Assembly: GCA_050084985.1 (NCBI GenBank)
Contig: JBITNC010000001.1
Location: 198,214,001 to 198,278,000, forward strand
Length of the DNA stretch: 64,000 bases
Direction of reading: 5' to 3'
Source of the DNA: Nageia nagi
Taxonomy: Eukaryota > Plantae > Pinophyta
Shown one piece after another: positions 1 to 13,366 of the stretch. Position 1 is the stretch's first letter; each line of letters opens with the position of its first letter. Below the pieces are notes generated by a model, which was not told the DNA's origin, searched no databases, and was given only the letters and a program-made list of their open reading frames with translations. Position numbers and translations under genes: made by a program.

Positions 1-2119
1 GTACCATGTCAGCCACAGGTACTGGCACTTTTCTAAATTTACAACTATGAACTGAAGGCCAACAAAAGGTCAAATAAACCAACAAACACATTGGTCCATG
101 GCCTAAGACTTGATTGATGTCAGATGTCATTGTGAGCTATGTTGACATTAGTGATATGGTTTGTTTTAAACCTTTTTGTTTTGTACCTGAAATTTGTGCT
201 ATTCATTGGAGATCAAATTGCCTTGCATTATGCATTCTCACATTGACAAGGTATTTTTGTTCACAGAAATCTGCTAAGTTCACCAAAGTATGTGCCTTGC
301 CCAGAATTCCTGTTAGGCAGAGGCTATACGCAATTGACCAGATTTTCTACAACTTTGACCAAAGAATAAAGGAAAGACAATCAATTTCAATGTTCTTCAG
401 TACTTTAATTGCATCTTAGCTGTTTTTTCTATTATTTATCATGTTTTAACTATCATTCACCAATTGCTAATCTTTTCAATAATAATCTATAGTCTATAAA
501 TGCTGTTGTACAGTGTATCTTATCAACTCAAGTCCAGTTGAGGCACATTAAGGCAAGCCTAAATTTACCTTAAGCTTTATCAAAGGTTGAAACTTGAGAA
601 AAGGAAAAAGTTTGAACTTATATTCATAAAGTTAAGTCAAATAGTTTACTTTTTACCACAAGGCGGTCTCATACACTAAATAGGTGTGCGGGGTGGGTGG
701 GAACCTAAATTTTCATTTAACTTTACATCCTTTTAGGGTTCTGTAAACTGTCCTATTGAATCATGTGACAGCTCAGCATCAGGACCTGTTCAAAAAGATA
801 GTTCACCATTGTAAGCTTTAAAGCAAGTTCAAAAACTAATTCATACTTCGAAATATTAAAGCATTCGGTAAAGAGCAGATCAACATGTCAACCTATTTAG
901 ATGCATTTCATTTCCAAATAGGATCATATTAGAAAATTACGGCTACAGTAAAGGTGATACAAACCCAAAAATGGACCCACATAAATCATCACCATATCAC
1001 TTTCCCTCTAATCATATCTTTAATAACAAATGGAAATGAGCCATCCTATCTTCCATCAGCATCATTTTGAAATAGTACAAAGAAGACAAAGGAAGAGTAA
1101 TATCTTTGTGTATGTACATATAGTGCAAAGAACAAAACATGAAATTATGACTACTAAGCAAACACCAGTCTGTGGGTGTTGCCTAAATCTTGGAAAGTGT
1201 TCTGCGTATCCCCTAACTATTTGAAAAGTGCTCCCAATTAATAAGGTATTGTGATTTTTCAAGATCCTAAGGACCTAGCCTACATCTCAAGAATACCTTG
1301 AACCCATGAGAATTCTTCGTTACAAATATTTGAAGCTTAATTTGAAATAGACAGTGCGACACTAACTTCATTTTTAAACAATAGATGCAGAAAACATCAT
1401 GACTAAGAACATTTTTGAAATTTTACGGCATCTGCAACCTTATTAATAGTTTCTGCATCCAAAAGAGATTATAGTATTTCAAAGATAATTTGATAATCTC
1501 ATCACTTTTCCTTTAGTGACAGTTGTATACAAGGTTTTAAATGAAGATAGAACCAATCAACTTCCTAAATTTGTCTCTAAGCATGATGTTGTTTTGTCTG
1601 CTATTTCATCTTTTCAATACATAAGCAAGAGTATGTTTCAACCGTCAGATGGTCACTCACGATTCCTCTACAAATTTTGTTACCATTCAAATTTTCACCT
1701 AGTTAAACAAGAACTCCAAATTAACATAACTTTATGTCTATATTTTTATCATGAAGAGACTCAATTACAGATGTATGATAGGTGGTATTGTACCACCATT
1801 AAGATAAATAGTGTTAAGGCCCAGTAGGTTCATTTCTGAAACACACAGCATCCGGAAAATCATTGAAAGCAATTGTTAACAATGATTGTTTGCCCTTTGG
1901 TATTAGGATGGTATGCAGAAGAAATAGGAAGCAATATCCATGATTTATTACACGATTCTCTCTATAAATTGCTAGTATGTTTAAGAAGCACAATCACTAA
2001 CAATTACTTTTGGAAACACATGTAATTTACATAAATCATCACAATGGATTCCACAATTTCATGCATTGAACACATTCTTTTTCATACCAACTAAATAAGC
2101 ACTTGGTTATGTCGAAAAG

Positions 2120-2195
2120 CTTGGACCATCTAGGACTTGAACCTGGGACCTCTTAGATGCACATTTGAGTATGCAACCACTGAAACACCAACCTC
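2120..2195 (-). mobile_element. tRNA-derived SINE head or degenerate tRNA pseudogene in the intron
   Basis: Minus strand reads TGGTGTTTCAGTGG (A-box-like, 2190-2177), then GGTTCAAGTCC (B-box, 2143-2133) inside a T-arm-like stem CCAGG-TTCAAGT-CCTAG. Acceptor and anticodon stems do not pair cleanly. Confidence 0.55.
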
Positions 2196-2947
2196 TTCAT
2201 GTCTGAGGATTTACCCAAATATATGCATTGACCTTGCAACAGATAAGTCCATCTCATATCATAAATTCTAGCATTACCATTAGAAATAAATGAGCATGAA
2301 CAATTGCAGGCAGTTCACACATGGGTGGATTGTAAGGCTTTTACAGTTTGACGATGAAATGAATGTAAGTGTTTTCACCTACAGAATAGTCTGAGCTTCA
2401 TATGTGGGCCCTTGAATTGTTCCTTTTGGCAATGAAGACATACTTTATCACCAATCTGGAATTGATGTGCAGTGCATTTGGCCAAATTTTTATGTGCACC
2501 GTAAATTAAAAACAACAGCCACAGAAAATGAAACAAAATAATACAGGTAATCAACTTTTGTTCCAGGTAATAACTAAGATTCAATCCCACCCTTCAAACA
2601 GATTCACAAAAAGCACACATAAACTATAGAAAAATACCATAATTTTATTCTTCAAAGAAGCTTTGAAATAACAAGCAAATACTAAGAACATTTCTCAGAA
2701 GAGTAGAAGGTAATGCAATTGTATCCTCTGAAAAAGATGATGCTGAAAAGAAAAAAAATAGAAAGACTTGAAAGATAAATTCAGAAAAAGAACTTAAGAT
2801 ATAGTATATTGATTACCAAACTATCAGTGAACTAGCCAGCATTAATAATACTTGATAAGGATGTTGGATAAAACCTTAAAAGATCAATTAATGCAATAAT
2901 ACTGTGTTTAGGTATAAAAAAATGAATTCAAAAAGGAATTAAAACGT

Positions 2948-3125
2948 CATGCTAACAGTAAAGCTATGAAGAAACTCATAAACGATCATTGGATAGTGAT
3001 CAATGAATTTAACTAAAATTAGATGATAAAGAAAAGGCCATGCTAACAGTAAGTTATGGAAAGCTCATAAAAAATCACTGCATACTGACCAACGAATTTT
3101 ACTACCATTTGATGATAAGGAAGGT
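2948..3125. repeat. Old tandem duplication, 2 copies of ~91 bp
   Basis: catgctaacagtaa...gatgataa(a/g)gaa starts at both 2948 and 3039, with diverged interiors. Confidence 0.75.
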
Positions 3126-3497
3126 GATGATGATGATACTAAAACTAAGATGATTTTTGACAAGTCCATGTAAAAGGAAGCTGGAGGATAACCTGGGAAA
3201 TCCAAGATATGAAACCTCAATTTCTATACAAAAGGGCAAACATAAGAAGAATGCCCAGTGAGATGTTCTACAATCTGTGCCATAGAAACTCATGAAATAA
3301 GTGATTACACATGGCATTTGAAGAATGAACCAAAGAAACAACAGCAAGCCTTTTTAACACAGTCCACAAAAAGTGTTTGTTACAAAAGAAATATAACTAT
3401 GATATCCAACAGCAACATGGCTCTTGTAAAAAGGGACAACAATGGATGATCTATGTGGGCAGTATCAAAAATCTAATTGGAGGGGTCATTTTGCTAG

Positions 3498-3766
3498 TGT
3501 AAATATATCAGGCCTTGTCTATTAACTCCAAGCAAAAATTGCAAAGAAGATACAAAACACAACTAAATACATCAAAGAAGATGACATTTTGGATTCACCT
3601 TCCATGTGTGACCATTGGACTTCTCAATGACTCTTCAACTCCACCTACCTATGACTCTTAAAATTCCTCAAAGACACACGTACTAATTTACTATTTATAG
3701 ACAATATTCCTAATGTCACTACTAAGATTACAAATACCATAATCCCTAAGGATTATGTTTCTAACA
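3498..3766 (-). repeat. 3' LTR of Copia A
   Basis: TG...CA termini, adjacent PPT, high similarity to 31742-32012. Confidence 0.93.
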
Positions 3767-3949
3767 ATCCCCCCTTAATCCGAAGGGCTATTTGTAAGTC
3801 CAAGCATCTTTTTGAACTTCTCGAACATTTCTCATTCAAACGTCTTGGTGAAGATGTTTGTAGTTTGCTTATCAGTGGAACCATGTTTCAATTCAAATAT
3901 CTTGACTTCTACATGATGTCGAATCAAATGATATTTTGTATTGATGTAC

Positions 3950-5079
3950 TGTGGCATGCCATTTGAGCCAATGAACAATTGTGTCATGGTCACTTTGTAA
4001 TCTAGTGTTTTGTTTATGATCATGTTGTACATGTGTAACTCAAGCAAGAGCTTATGGTCTGCGGACCCCACTGTGAGCCTAGTAATGGGACGTCTCCCCT
4101 TGAGTAGTGTTGTGTTAACTTGTGATGGGTTATCTCGGATTGTGGGAATCCCTCGATAGGCATGAGTCTTGTATAGTCCAAAGGTGCATAAAGGAGCATA
4201 CCAGCGTTGGGAAGGCCCCACATACCCCACATCAACTTGAGGAGGCCCATTAGACCCCACATCAACCTCGAGGGCCTTTATGACCCCCATGTTGGCACAC
4301 TGGGCCCATGGCACCCCCACGTTAGAATACTGGACCAATATGACCCCCACGTTGGCATGGTTGACCTATTAACGCCAACGTTGGAATAGACTTGGCTTAG
4401 GATGATAATGAGGTATGATGGATAGACACGTGAGGCTATATATTGAGGATGGAGCTCCATGAGGAGGTTAGCTATTGATTTTACGTTTTCTATACAGAAC
4501 CCGATCAAGTAGACAAGTCTTGGCAGTGCCAAGCATTATTCCTAGACGGCGTCTAGAGGAGTGACATGGATGGGAGCCTGGCATTCTACGACTTAGGTGG
4601 GTCACCTAGTCCATCCGGTGGTATTCTGAGGGCGAGTTTCTACTTTCAGTGGTCGCTAGGGTTCTAGGAGGCTCCTTCACAGGAGAGGATTCGGAGTCTG
4701 AGGGAGTGAGTCTTTCCTATTGGTGTTCGGCTTGCAGAAGGGTTTGGAACTAGATTTGATCTATTGAGATCCTCATTGTACTCCATCATCATATCATAAT
4801 ATAATCCATCTCATTGTGTCTCTCTCCATTCTATTGTTCATTGTTGTGTATGTGTTGTGTCTCTTGTATATTGGTGTTGGAAGCTTGTTCTGGCTCCATA
4901 TTGTTGTGTGTCCCCATCGTTGGTAATTCTGTGTTGTCCATTGTTGTTGTAAGGCATTTGTGAGGTTAGCAGAGTGTTGGGGAAGCCCTAGGGGCTGATG
5001 TTAGCATTGGGTGGATCTCATTTGTTGTTGTGTGTTATCCGAGAGCCCTAGGAGGCCCACGTTGGTGCATTGAGGTGTT
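3950..5079 (+). mobile_element. Solo-LTR-like insert H (3'-truncated) in the RNase H of Copia A; same family as 13822-14960
   Basis: The RNase H frame is split between FHD*TKY and YINTKYH, with tgtac on both sides (3945-3949, 5080-5084). Starts TGTGGCATGCC. Shares GGACCCCACT(G/A)TGAGCC and GATTGTGGGAATCCC with the revcomp of 13822-14960. Has ~30 bp CCCAC(G/A)TTGG subrepeats at 4215-4385 and a TATA-like motif near 4436. No terminal CA. Confidence 0.75.
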
Positions 5080-5491
5080 TGTACTTTGTTCAATCATGGA
5101 ATTTAGAATTCTCTGCCAATTTTATTGCAAAAGTATTATCAATCAAGAGTGGAGTAGGATGCACCTATTTCTCCTACAAATATTTCAATATATTCCTAAG
5201 CCACACAATCTCCTTTATTGCTTCTGCAACAACCACATATTTTGCCTTTGTAGTGGAATCAATCAAAATAGATTGTTTTTGTGACCTCCAAGAGATAGTT
5301 GTTGAACTAAGACTCATGAGATAGCCTAAAGTAGAAACTCCATTCTCCTTATCACCATCAAAGTCTGAATCTGAATTTGCAATCAATTTGAGGTCTCCCA
5401 TCTTAGAATATTTAGTCCAAAATCTTGATCTCTTTGTTGCTAACCAATATCTTTCACACGATTTTTGCATAAACAAAGAAAGGATTCTAAC

Positions 5492-6148
5492 CAATGTTTA
5501 AAAGTTCAACGATTATCTGCAAATAATTGCACTTGACTTGCAAAACGAATAATTGCCCAAAAAAACGACAGATTCGATTATTCTGGAATATGCAGATTTT
5601 GATCGAATGTTCACCTTGATTAATTGCCAAATCATGAATCTCGATGCAATTATCCGAAAGGACATAAAAACTATACAAAACCATTTAAAACGGAAAAAAT
5701 CTATAAATTGAAGGCTTGGGCCCCATTTTTAGTCAATCTAGGGCAGTATGAAATAAGGGAATGGACATTAAGTGTAGCAACAACAAAGGAAATAATGAAG
5801 GGGAAAAAGAGAGCACATGCTTGATGTGTTTGAGAGATCTTTTTTGTTTTTTGTAAATTCAAAGAAACATTGCCAAATGTATTCTGAAATTTATGTACTC
5901 ACTATGTTAGTATGCATCCTATGCACTATGCAGTATTTTGATAAGAAAAACATGTTGTCCTCATCTATAATGCAGTATTATGTGTTTTGGTAACACTAAA
6001 TGGCACCTAATTTTCAAGAAAAATGCAAAAATCATTTGAAAATATATATTTATGTGTTTTTTATTTTTGCCAAACTTTTGTCAAACCATCGAATAATCTC
6101 CTTAGCAAGGAAAATGATTAGTGGTGAGGAGTGAAATTTTAAATATTG
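5492..6148. mobile_element. hAT-type MITE in the RT of Copia A
   Basis: 17 bp imperfect TIR CAATGTTTAAAAGTTCA / TGAAATTTTAAATATTG. 8 bp TSD attctaac/actctaac. The RT frame (ISYVVR|ILSLFMQ) rejoins on removal. Confidence 0.85.
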
Positions 6149-8461
6149 ACTCTAACCACATATGAAATATTTGGTCTTGTTGTGGTTAGATAAATAAGAC
6201 TTCCTACAAGTTGTCTATATCTAGTAGCATTCTCAAAGTGGTTCCCTTCAATTGATTTCAATTTCAAATTTTGTTCCATTGGAGTAGAAATAGGATTACA
6301 ATCTACCATGCCAAATTATTCAACAACTCTCCAATGTACTTTGTTTGAGAAATGAATATGTACCTTGATGTTTGAGTCATTTCAACACCCAAATAGTAGT
6401 GAAGATAGCCTATATCTATCATTTCAAAAGCTTTTTTCAACTCTTGTTTCATGGATGCAATGTAACCTTCATTGTTCATTGTTATCAAAAGATCATCTAC
6501 ATACAAGATATATAACACTCTTTGCCAACTTTCTTGACAAACAATGTTGCATCATCAAGACTAAAGTGCTCAAAATTTTCAATAGATGTTGAGTTAGCTT
6601 TTCATACCATGTGTGAGGAGCTTGCTTTAGGCTATACAAGAAGTTGATGAGCTTGCATACCTTATGTTCTTGATCCTTCATTGCAAATCCTTTTGGTTGT
6701 GTCATGTATACATTATCTTTTAAATCACCTTTCAGGAATGCAGTCTACACATCCATTTGATGAACTTTTCACCTATACTGAGCTTAGATAGCCAACAAAG
6801 AACGAATGGTATCCCTCTTAACTATAGGAGCAAAAGTCTCATCATAGTCAATACCTTCTTTTTGTACAAAATCCCTCACCACAAACCTCAATTTATGTTT
6901 TTCAAGTGAGTTGTATGATCTATACTTGTTTTTGTAAACCCAATTGCAGCCTATTGGTTTGAATCCATATGGAGCATCCACCAAGTTCCACATCCCATTC
7001 TTAATGAGAACATCATACTCATTTTTCATAGAATCTTTCTACACATCATGCAAAATAGCTTCTCTAAGGGAAGTTGGCTCAAAATCAATAGAAAAATTCA
7101 ATTCACAATTAAATGAACAATCTATATCATCATCATCATCACATGAATTTTCTACCGTTCCATCTACTTTTCCTGCTTGTTAAAAACTCCTAGTCTCCAT
7201 TTTCCCAACTTCATCAAGATGAACATTTTCAAGTGTTTTTGTTGCTCACTTTGGAATCTCTTGTGATGGTTCTAGTTGCTCCAATGGCTTAGGAGGTGCT
7301 ACATTTCCATCAAGACTCAACCTACCAATCGCATCAATCACATCATCCAATTAAACTTTTGACTCTGATGAAATGGAAGAATCTCGTTGTTGTAGAGGAG
7401 GTGTTTGTTTTTCAGGAACATGTTTTTCATGAACTAGAACAAGTGGTGTAGATTCCAACTTTTGATCTAATAAAAGAATCCCCCTTTCAAGATTTGGAAT
7501 CCCATAATCAGCCTCAATAAAACTCTTACCATGTGTAAACCTATTAAGGTGATCAAGCTGTTGCTCAATAGTCTTGTCACTCTTCAAGCATTCAATAAAA
7601 ATCACATCCCTTGCAAAGAGGAATTTCTTGTTTACCTTGTCATAGAGTTTATAACCCTTGATAGTATATGAGTACCCCAAGAAAATGCATTTGCAACTCA
7701 CCAAGTTTACTTCTTTGTTCCTTAGGTATTAAGGCATAACAAGTAGTACCAAAAACCTTGAGATGCCTAACCGAAGGAATACGACCATACCATATTTCAT
7801 AAGGAGTCTTATCATTATGAGCATGAGCAGGAAATCTATTTCTCAAATACATTGCACATTGAATTGTATCACCCCAAAACATCAACTTTACATTTTTGAG
7901 AAACAACATTGCACAAACCATATTCAAAAGAGTTTTATTCATTCTTTCAGCTACAGTCTCTTGTGGATTATATGGGACAACGGTTTGATGTTTGATCTCG
8001 TGTTGGCTAAGATAAGTTCTTAAATTCATTTGAATGTATTCATCTCCATTATCACAACGAAGAGTGTCAATATGAGTTTGTGCTTCTTTTTCAATAATAA
8101 AATTTTTCAAAACATTCAAACTTATTTTTCAACAAATAAACCCAACACATCTTGATATAATCATCAATAAGATTCATAATATATTTATTTCCAGCAGTAG
8201 ATGATAAAAGCAATGGACCACAGAAATTAGAGAGAATGAGTTCTTGTTTTCTACAAGCTCTCCATTTTGAATCAATAAAAGGTTGCTTGTTGTGCTTACC
8301 AAGGACACAAGGCTCATTAGGTTCTATGTTCATTGGTATAGTGGGCAATCCAAAAACACCATTATTTTTCAACAAACAAAGATCATCATAATTAAAATGC
8401 CCAAATTAAGCATGCCACAAAAGACTTGATGAGAGTGTACCTTTTTCTTAATGAGTGAGAT

Positions 8462-8782
8462 TGTTAGAGTAAAGTTTATTTATCGACTAGAATATAAAGA
8501 AATACCTTATTTCTTTTTTGGTAATTATCCTAGCTAGATTAGCTTTTCTTGTGGATAAGATCCATCCGGTTATTATTAGCAAGTTGTTTGTTATGATTCA
8601 ATGGCTCAAATGATGTTTGGTTGCTATTATTCGATGGCTCATATTATACACACTTGCTATTTAAGCAAGATTTCTCTCATGGAATAATAACCAGATTTTT
8701 GATCCTCCATATTTTGTAATGCTCTACAATTCTCGTTCTTGGGCTTAGAATTGTGTTTTGCCTTTGGCTACTTTTCCTTTCA
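8462..8782 (+). repeat. 5' LTR of Copia B
   Basis: TG...CA termini, followed by a Met-tRNA-type PBS; matches 27921-28235. Confidence 0.92.
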
Positions 8783-9927
8783 TGGTACCAAAGCTATCAA
8801 GAATTTTTGCAAGCATTCTGGATTTTTTTCAATATTTGGTTCGTTATGAGGTTTTACATGGCTCTCCTTGTCGATGCTTGTTGATTTATTTCAAAATGTA
8901 AATGTTCTTCCTTTGATGAGATATTCCACCAATAATATTTTTGTGGAGACGAATTAGGTTTTGGTCACTATTGTTTGGTGCATTCTTGGCAAGTCATGAG
9001 GAGGAGATCTACTCTTTGCACATCCGACACCCTTCCCAGACCCTCCCCTCAACAACACAACCCCCTCCCAGTGCCACTACTTCATGACCTCCCTAGAAAC
9101 CCTTTGCGGTGCCCCCTGCATGCAACTCACGGGCCTCCTATTCCCCCCAAGCCGCATCTGCCCATGTAGCTTGCAAACTCCACAATGTTCCCTCCTGCCA
9201 CGTGACCACCATTTTGCTGGCATCTCAAAGTGTCCCACTAACACACCCTCCCAAGCCCTAATGCCTCTCAACCTCCTCCATGTGGCTCCCTCCTGGCATT
9301 TCTCTGGAATCTCTGCACAATTCCCAAGGCATGGGACCCATTTTTTTGCTTGCTGGATGCCCATTTGCTGATTGGACACTAACTAGATGCCCATTTGCAA
9401 ACAGTGCATGTTGGTTTGTTGATTGGACTGTTGCTTTTTTGTTGATTATGCAATTCATTTTGGCAATTTTCAAAATTGATGGTTTTTTGGTCATAACTTT
9501 ATCATTGGAGGTTGGATTTCGATTCCATCAATTGCAGTGGGTTCTTCATTCTGTCCTAGTCAAAATGGGTAGTTACACGACCACTTTTGACTTCCATGTC
9601 TAACCGCAAATCAAGTTTGAAGTTATGCATTTAGAAAATTAAATAAATTGGCAACCTTTTAATTTAATTAATTTTTTTATAGTTTGGGGGGCCAAAAATT
9701 AATATTTTGCCCTCATTCAAATTAATTCCATAACTTTGTCATATGGACTCCATTTTAAGTGTCGTTTTTTTCATATAAATTTGGTTGTAAGCCTAAATCA
9801 TAAAGGCATTTTAGTTAGGGGGGGCCATTTCCTTGCAAAGGAGTTAATAAGTTTTGGGGGACTTATTGTTGGTGTGGATTTTTGCACCACTTGTGTTGCT
9901 TGGTTCTTTCTTCTCTCTTTCAACAAT

Positions 9928-10459
9928 ATGGCTTCTACCACAATACAAATTGAACCATTAACTCCACATACTTATCACACATGAAAATGTAGAATGGTCA
10001 ATGTAATTGCACAAAAAGAACTCACACCTCTTTGAAGAGACCCAACCTGCATTTTCTAAAGATTATGAGATATTTGTTCACAAAGGCAAATTATATGAGA
10101 CAATGGGGCTAATCACAATGAATGTCAATGAAAGTTTGTGGTTTCACCTTAATGGATGCAAAACACCTTCTGAGTATTGGGACAAATTGGAAACACTATT
10201 TGGAAAAGTTGATTAAATTCGATCCATGCAACTAGAAGCAGAATTACTAGCATTGTCAACAAGTGATTTCAGCACCGTTGTTGATTTTCATACCAAATTT
10301 AAGGAACTCTTGACATAATTAAAAGGGAGTGGGAAACAAGAGACATATATGGAATGTATTTTTCTAATGTTGGCAAAATTGAGAGGGCGTTTGCAAATAT
10401 TTGCCTCTACTTTCCTCTTTCCTATGGATGCTCTTGGGACAAATTTCACAATGCCTACT
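9928..10459 (+). pseudogene. Copia B gag, N-terminal part (continues at 12626-12751, 13372-13392 and 21296 onward)
   Basis: MASTTIQIEPLTPHTYHT*K...CKTPSEYWDKLETLFGK...TMPT|LEEFCNRLTREE...KGKSKLK|PKPNSP. The frame rejoins across the insertions. Confidence 0.85.
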
Positions 10460-12620
10460 TGTTGTGCCCACATAACACACCCCAAATACAAGATTTTGGG
10501 TACCCTATTTTTGCAAAGGCAATTAGGTGTGTTGCCTAGAGATTGGCCTTAGGTAACAGATAGCTGACTCTGATGTAGTATGGAGATGATATTAGGGAGC
10601 GATGCATAGAAATTATTTGTTTAAGACCTTGAAGTGATTCAGAGCATCCAATCACCAGTTTTAGAGCCAAGGCACAAGAATTGAGGCTTTGATGTCACCA
10701 AAAAGAAAAAAAATGGTGCCTAGGGTGAGGGTAAGCCCATTTTTGACAAAAAATTGAAAATTCATTTGAATACATGGGAGGATGCACCATCAAATTTCAC
10801 ATCTTATGGCTAAAGGAATTTCCAAAATGGTCTAGACATGCACACCTAGAGGCTACGCGTAATTTTCCAAGCTTTGCCATCATCAAACACAAAAAATGTG
10901 TGCCTAGAGGTGAAATACAATTTGTTTTGGTCAAAATTTCAAATTTCACAAAATTTCATGAGGATATACCCATTGGGATTATACACAAGTTGGTCCAAGA
11001 AACATCAAAAAAAGACAAAAAATGCTCAATCCAAGGCTATGCATAGATTTTTGGGCTTTGATGCCATCAAACATAAAAAAACATGTGCCTAGGATAGAGG
11101 AAGACCAATTTGGCATGCAAAACACACCTTTGGGAGGGATCAAATGAGGCTACAAAGCATGCAGAATGCATTGAAGGGACATTTGAGCACCAAAACTTGA
11201 GCATTTGAGCACCAAACATGAGCTTTTTTACCAAACTTGCACACCACACTTGGGCACTGAAGCCAATTTTTTATCAAAGTGCTCAAAATTCTAGAATTTG
11301 ATCCCAAGCTCCAAAAACCCTCAAACCAATCTTAAACACCTTCAAGATCCATCACCTATCCATCCATGGCCATACTAGATCCATCCGGACACTTTTCAAA
11401 AAATTTATGAAATCACCCACCCCCCCCCACCATCATTTTCAAGATTTTAGACCAAATATCCAATTTTTTGGAAAATCCTCACCAAATTGCTCAAAATTTT
11501 GACAAGATCACTCAAACCAAGATTGAATCTACATTTCAGCGAAAAGAGTACTCAAAGATCGTGGAAGAGATCCAAAACAGGCTCAATAGTCATAAGATCC
11601 TTTGTAAAAGGATCAATTTTCAATGTATATAGACTAAAGTGGTTAAAAGGATGAATGTTTTCTCCTACCACTTCAAATGTAATGTCGTTTTTAGTTTCGT
11701 ATTTCAATTTCAATTAGGTTATAATTAGGGCAACACCCAAAAATTGGCCTCAAAAAGTCTATAAATAGACCATAGGGGGTCACTTTTGATGGAGAATGTT
11801 CAAGTGTAACAAAGGCCAAATTTTATGAAAATTGAAATTTTTTGTAATTGAGGAGCAAATTGATGTATGATTGCATAACTCTTTTATGAACTTAATACAA
11901 GTGGCTAAATATTGATTCAAAGTGGTTTTATCATTGATTGAAGTTGTGGATTGATCCTTGAGAGCTTTTTGTTGTGATTTGAATATTTTTGTGCCTTCTC
12001 TTTGAAAACTCAAGAGTTTTAGGAGAATTTTTTGGAAATATTTTAAAGTGTTTGAATCATACCAAATTGTTCTGAATCCATTGATTACATGTTTAAATTG
12101 TTCATAACCAATCCGTTTGTGTGCCCCATGCTAAGCAACTTTGCTTTTCACTCTTCTTTGAAACGATTTGGACAATAGTCATTTGTTTCAAAGCTTGATG
12201 AATTGAACGGGATTTCCTAAATTGATCTAAAAGAAAGAAAGTTTAGACAATGTCGCATTGTGATGATCTTCTTTGAAATCTAGCCAAGTATCGCCTCATT
12301 CTCAACCTTTTTCCTTTTCTTTATTTTTACAATCTTTAAAATCCATAGCAACTTTCGAACATTGCATTATAAACACCTCAATCCCTATAAAAAACGTGAG
12401 TTAACATCTATTACCTCTATTACACCACTCAGCTGATTCCCATAACAAGACCCACACAATTTAAGCTTGCATTAATAATGCAAACTTCCATAAGAAACCT
12501 TGGGGTATCAACTCTTAAAAGAGGAGATTAGCAATGCGATCTCACCTAATGTTGGGTTGCTTTTCCGGTTGATCACCTCATGGCAAGTCTCGTGTAAGAA
12601 GAAAGAATTCCTTCCCAACA
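10460..12620 (+). mobile_element. Large solo LTR C (2161 bp), probably Gypsy non-chromovirus (Athila/Tat-like)
   Basis: TGTTG...CAACA termini, TSD ctact/ccact, CTATAAATAG at ~11759, no PBS, PPT or pol. The 5' end resembles the revcomp ends of 13393-21290 and 22331-25245. Lineage assignment is inference. Confidence 0.85.
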
Positions 12621-12751
12621 CCACTTTAGAGGAATTTTGTAATAGGCTTACTAGGGAAGAAGTGAAGCTTTCCAATATTGAGTCCTCTTCCTCCACCTCT
12701 AAAGCCTTAGTAGCATCCAAACCTAAGGGCAAAGGCAAGTCAAAGCTCAAG

Positions 12752-13366
12752 TGTAGACGCTTAAAAATGAAATTATTATTTATTAAATAATTCATTTTAT
12801 AGCATTAAGGCATATGTATTGTAAAGAGGGTTAGAAATATACCCAAGGCAATATAATCAATGTAATGGACCATCGTGTAATGTAAGAGCTATCAAATATC
12901 AAAAGGTACACCTTAAACAATGTAAAAGGCAATGATCCCAAGAATCAAAGAAGATCAAAACATAGCTATAAAAGAACATCCAAGGCAACATAAATGATAT
13001 TGGTGAATATCAAGAGAAAGAGATCAGAATATCATTTCTACCCAACCAACAATGGTGTTTTGTAACACCACATTTGCATAGATCTGTTAAACCATTCATC
13101 TTGCTTCACACATTTTTATTTCTGTTCGTGGATTTGCGTCTTTCACACAGCTAACAACGTGCTCTTAGGCCGTTGGCACCGTTTTCTTCTTATGGTATAC
13201 TATTGCGATCAATGTATGATTTCCTTTATGGTGCTTGGATGCGAGTTTGATGAAGGTACATTGTTATCATGTTTGTTTGATGCCATATTTATGATATATG
13301 CTTCAATATTATATTGTAGACAAATAGTTTGTCGATTTATTATTCAAGCATTATTTTTAGTCTACA
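12752..13366 (+). mobile_element. Solo LTR D (615 bp)
   Basis: TGTAGAC...GTCTACA termini, TSD tcaag/ccaag, CTATAAAAG near 12966. The gag frame of B rejoins on removal. Confidence 0.85.

Larger units (their letters stand above)
3790..8456 (-). pseudogene. Copia A pol remnant (GAG-pre-integrase, integrase, RT, RNase H), interrupted by two insertions
   Basis: Integrase: CEPCVLGKH-like, LRCDNGDEY, PYNPQ..AERMNKTL, HLKVFG. RT: PIGCNWVYK, GIDYDETFAP, LYVDDLLI, YRQLVGSLIYLT. RNase H: SDSDFDGD, ISWRSQKQ, TKYHLIRHHV, NIFTK. Many stops and frameshifts. Confidence 0.93.

Noticed and set aside
114-2590. Short ORFs at the window start as candidate exons
   Set aside because: Intron-like composition and no similarity to the missing RING-CH C-terminus or to TE domains.
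3130-3497. Possible very old Gypsy gag remnant (CSTICAIETHEISDYTWHLKN) continuing at 32018-32340
   Set aside because: The Zn-knuckle-like spacing is imperfect and no other domain or terminus supports it.
8975-9603. Several overlapping 60-107 aa ORFs
   Set aside because: They lie in the C-rich untranslated leader of Copia B; chance ORFs with no domain signal.
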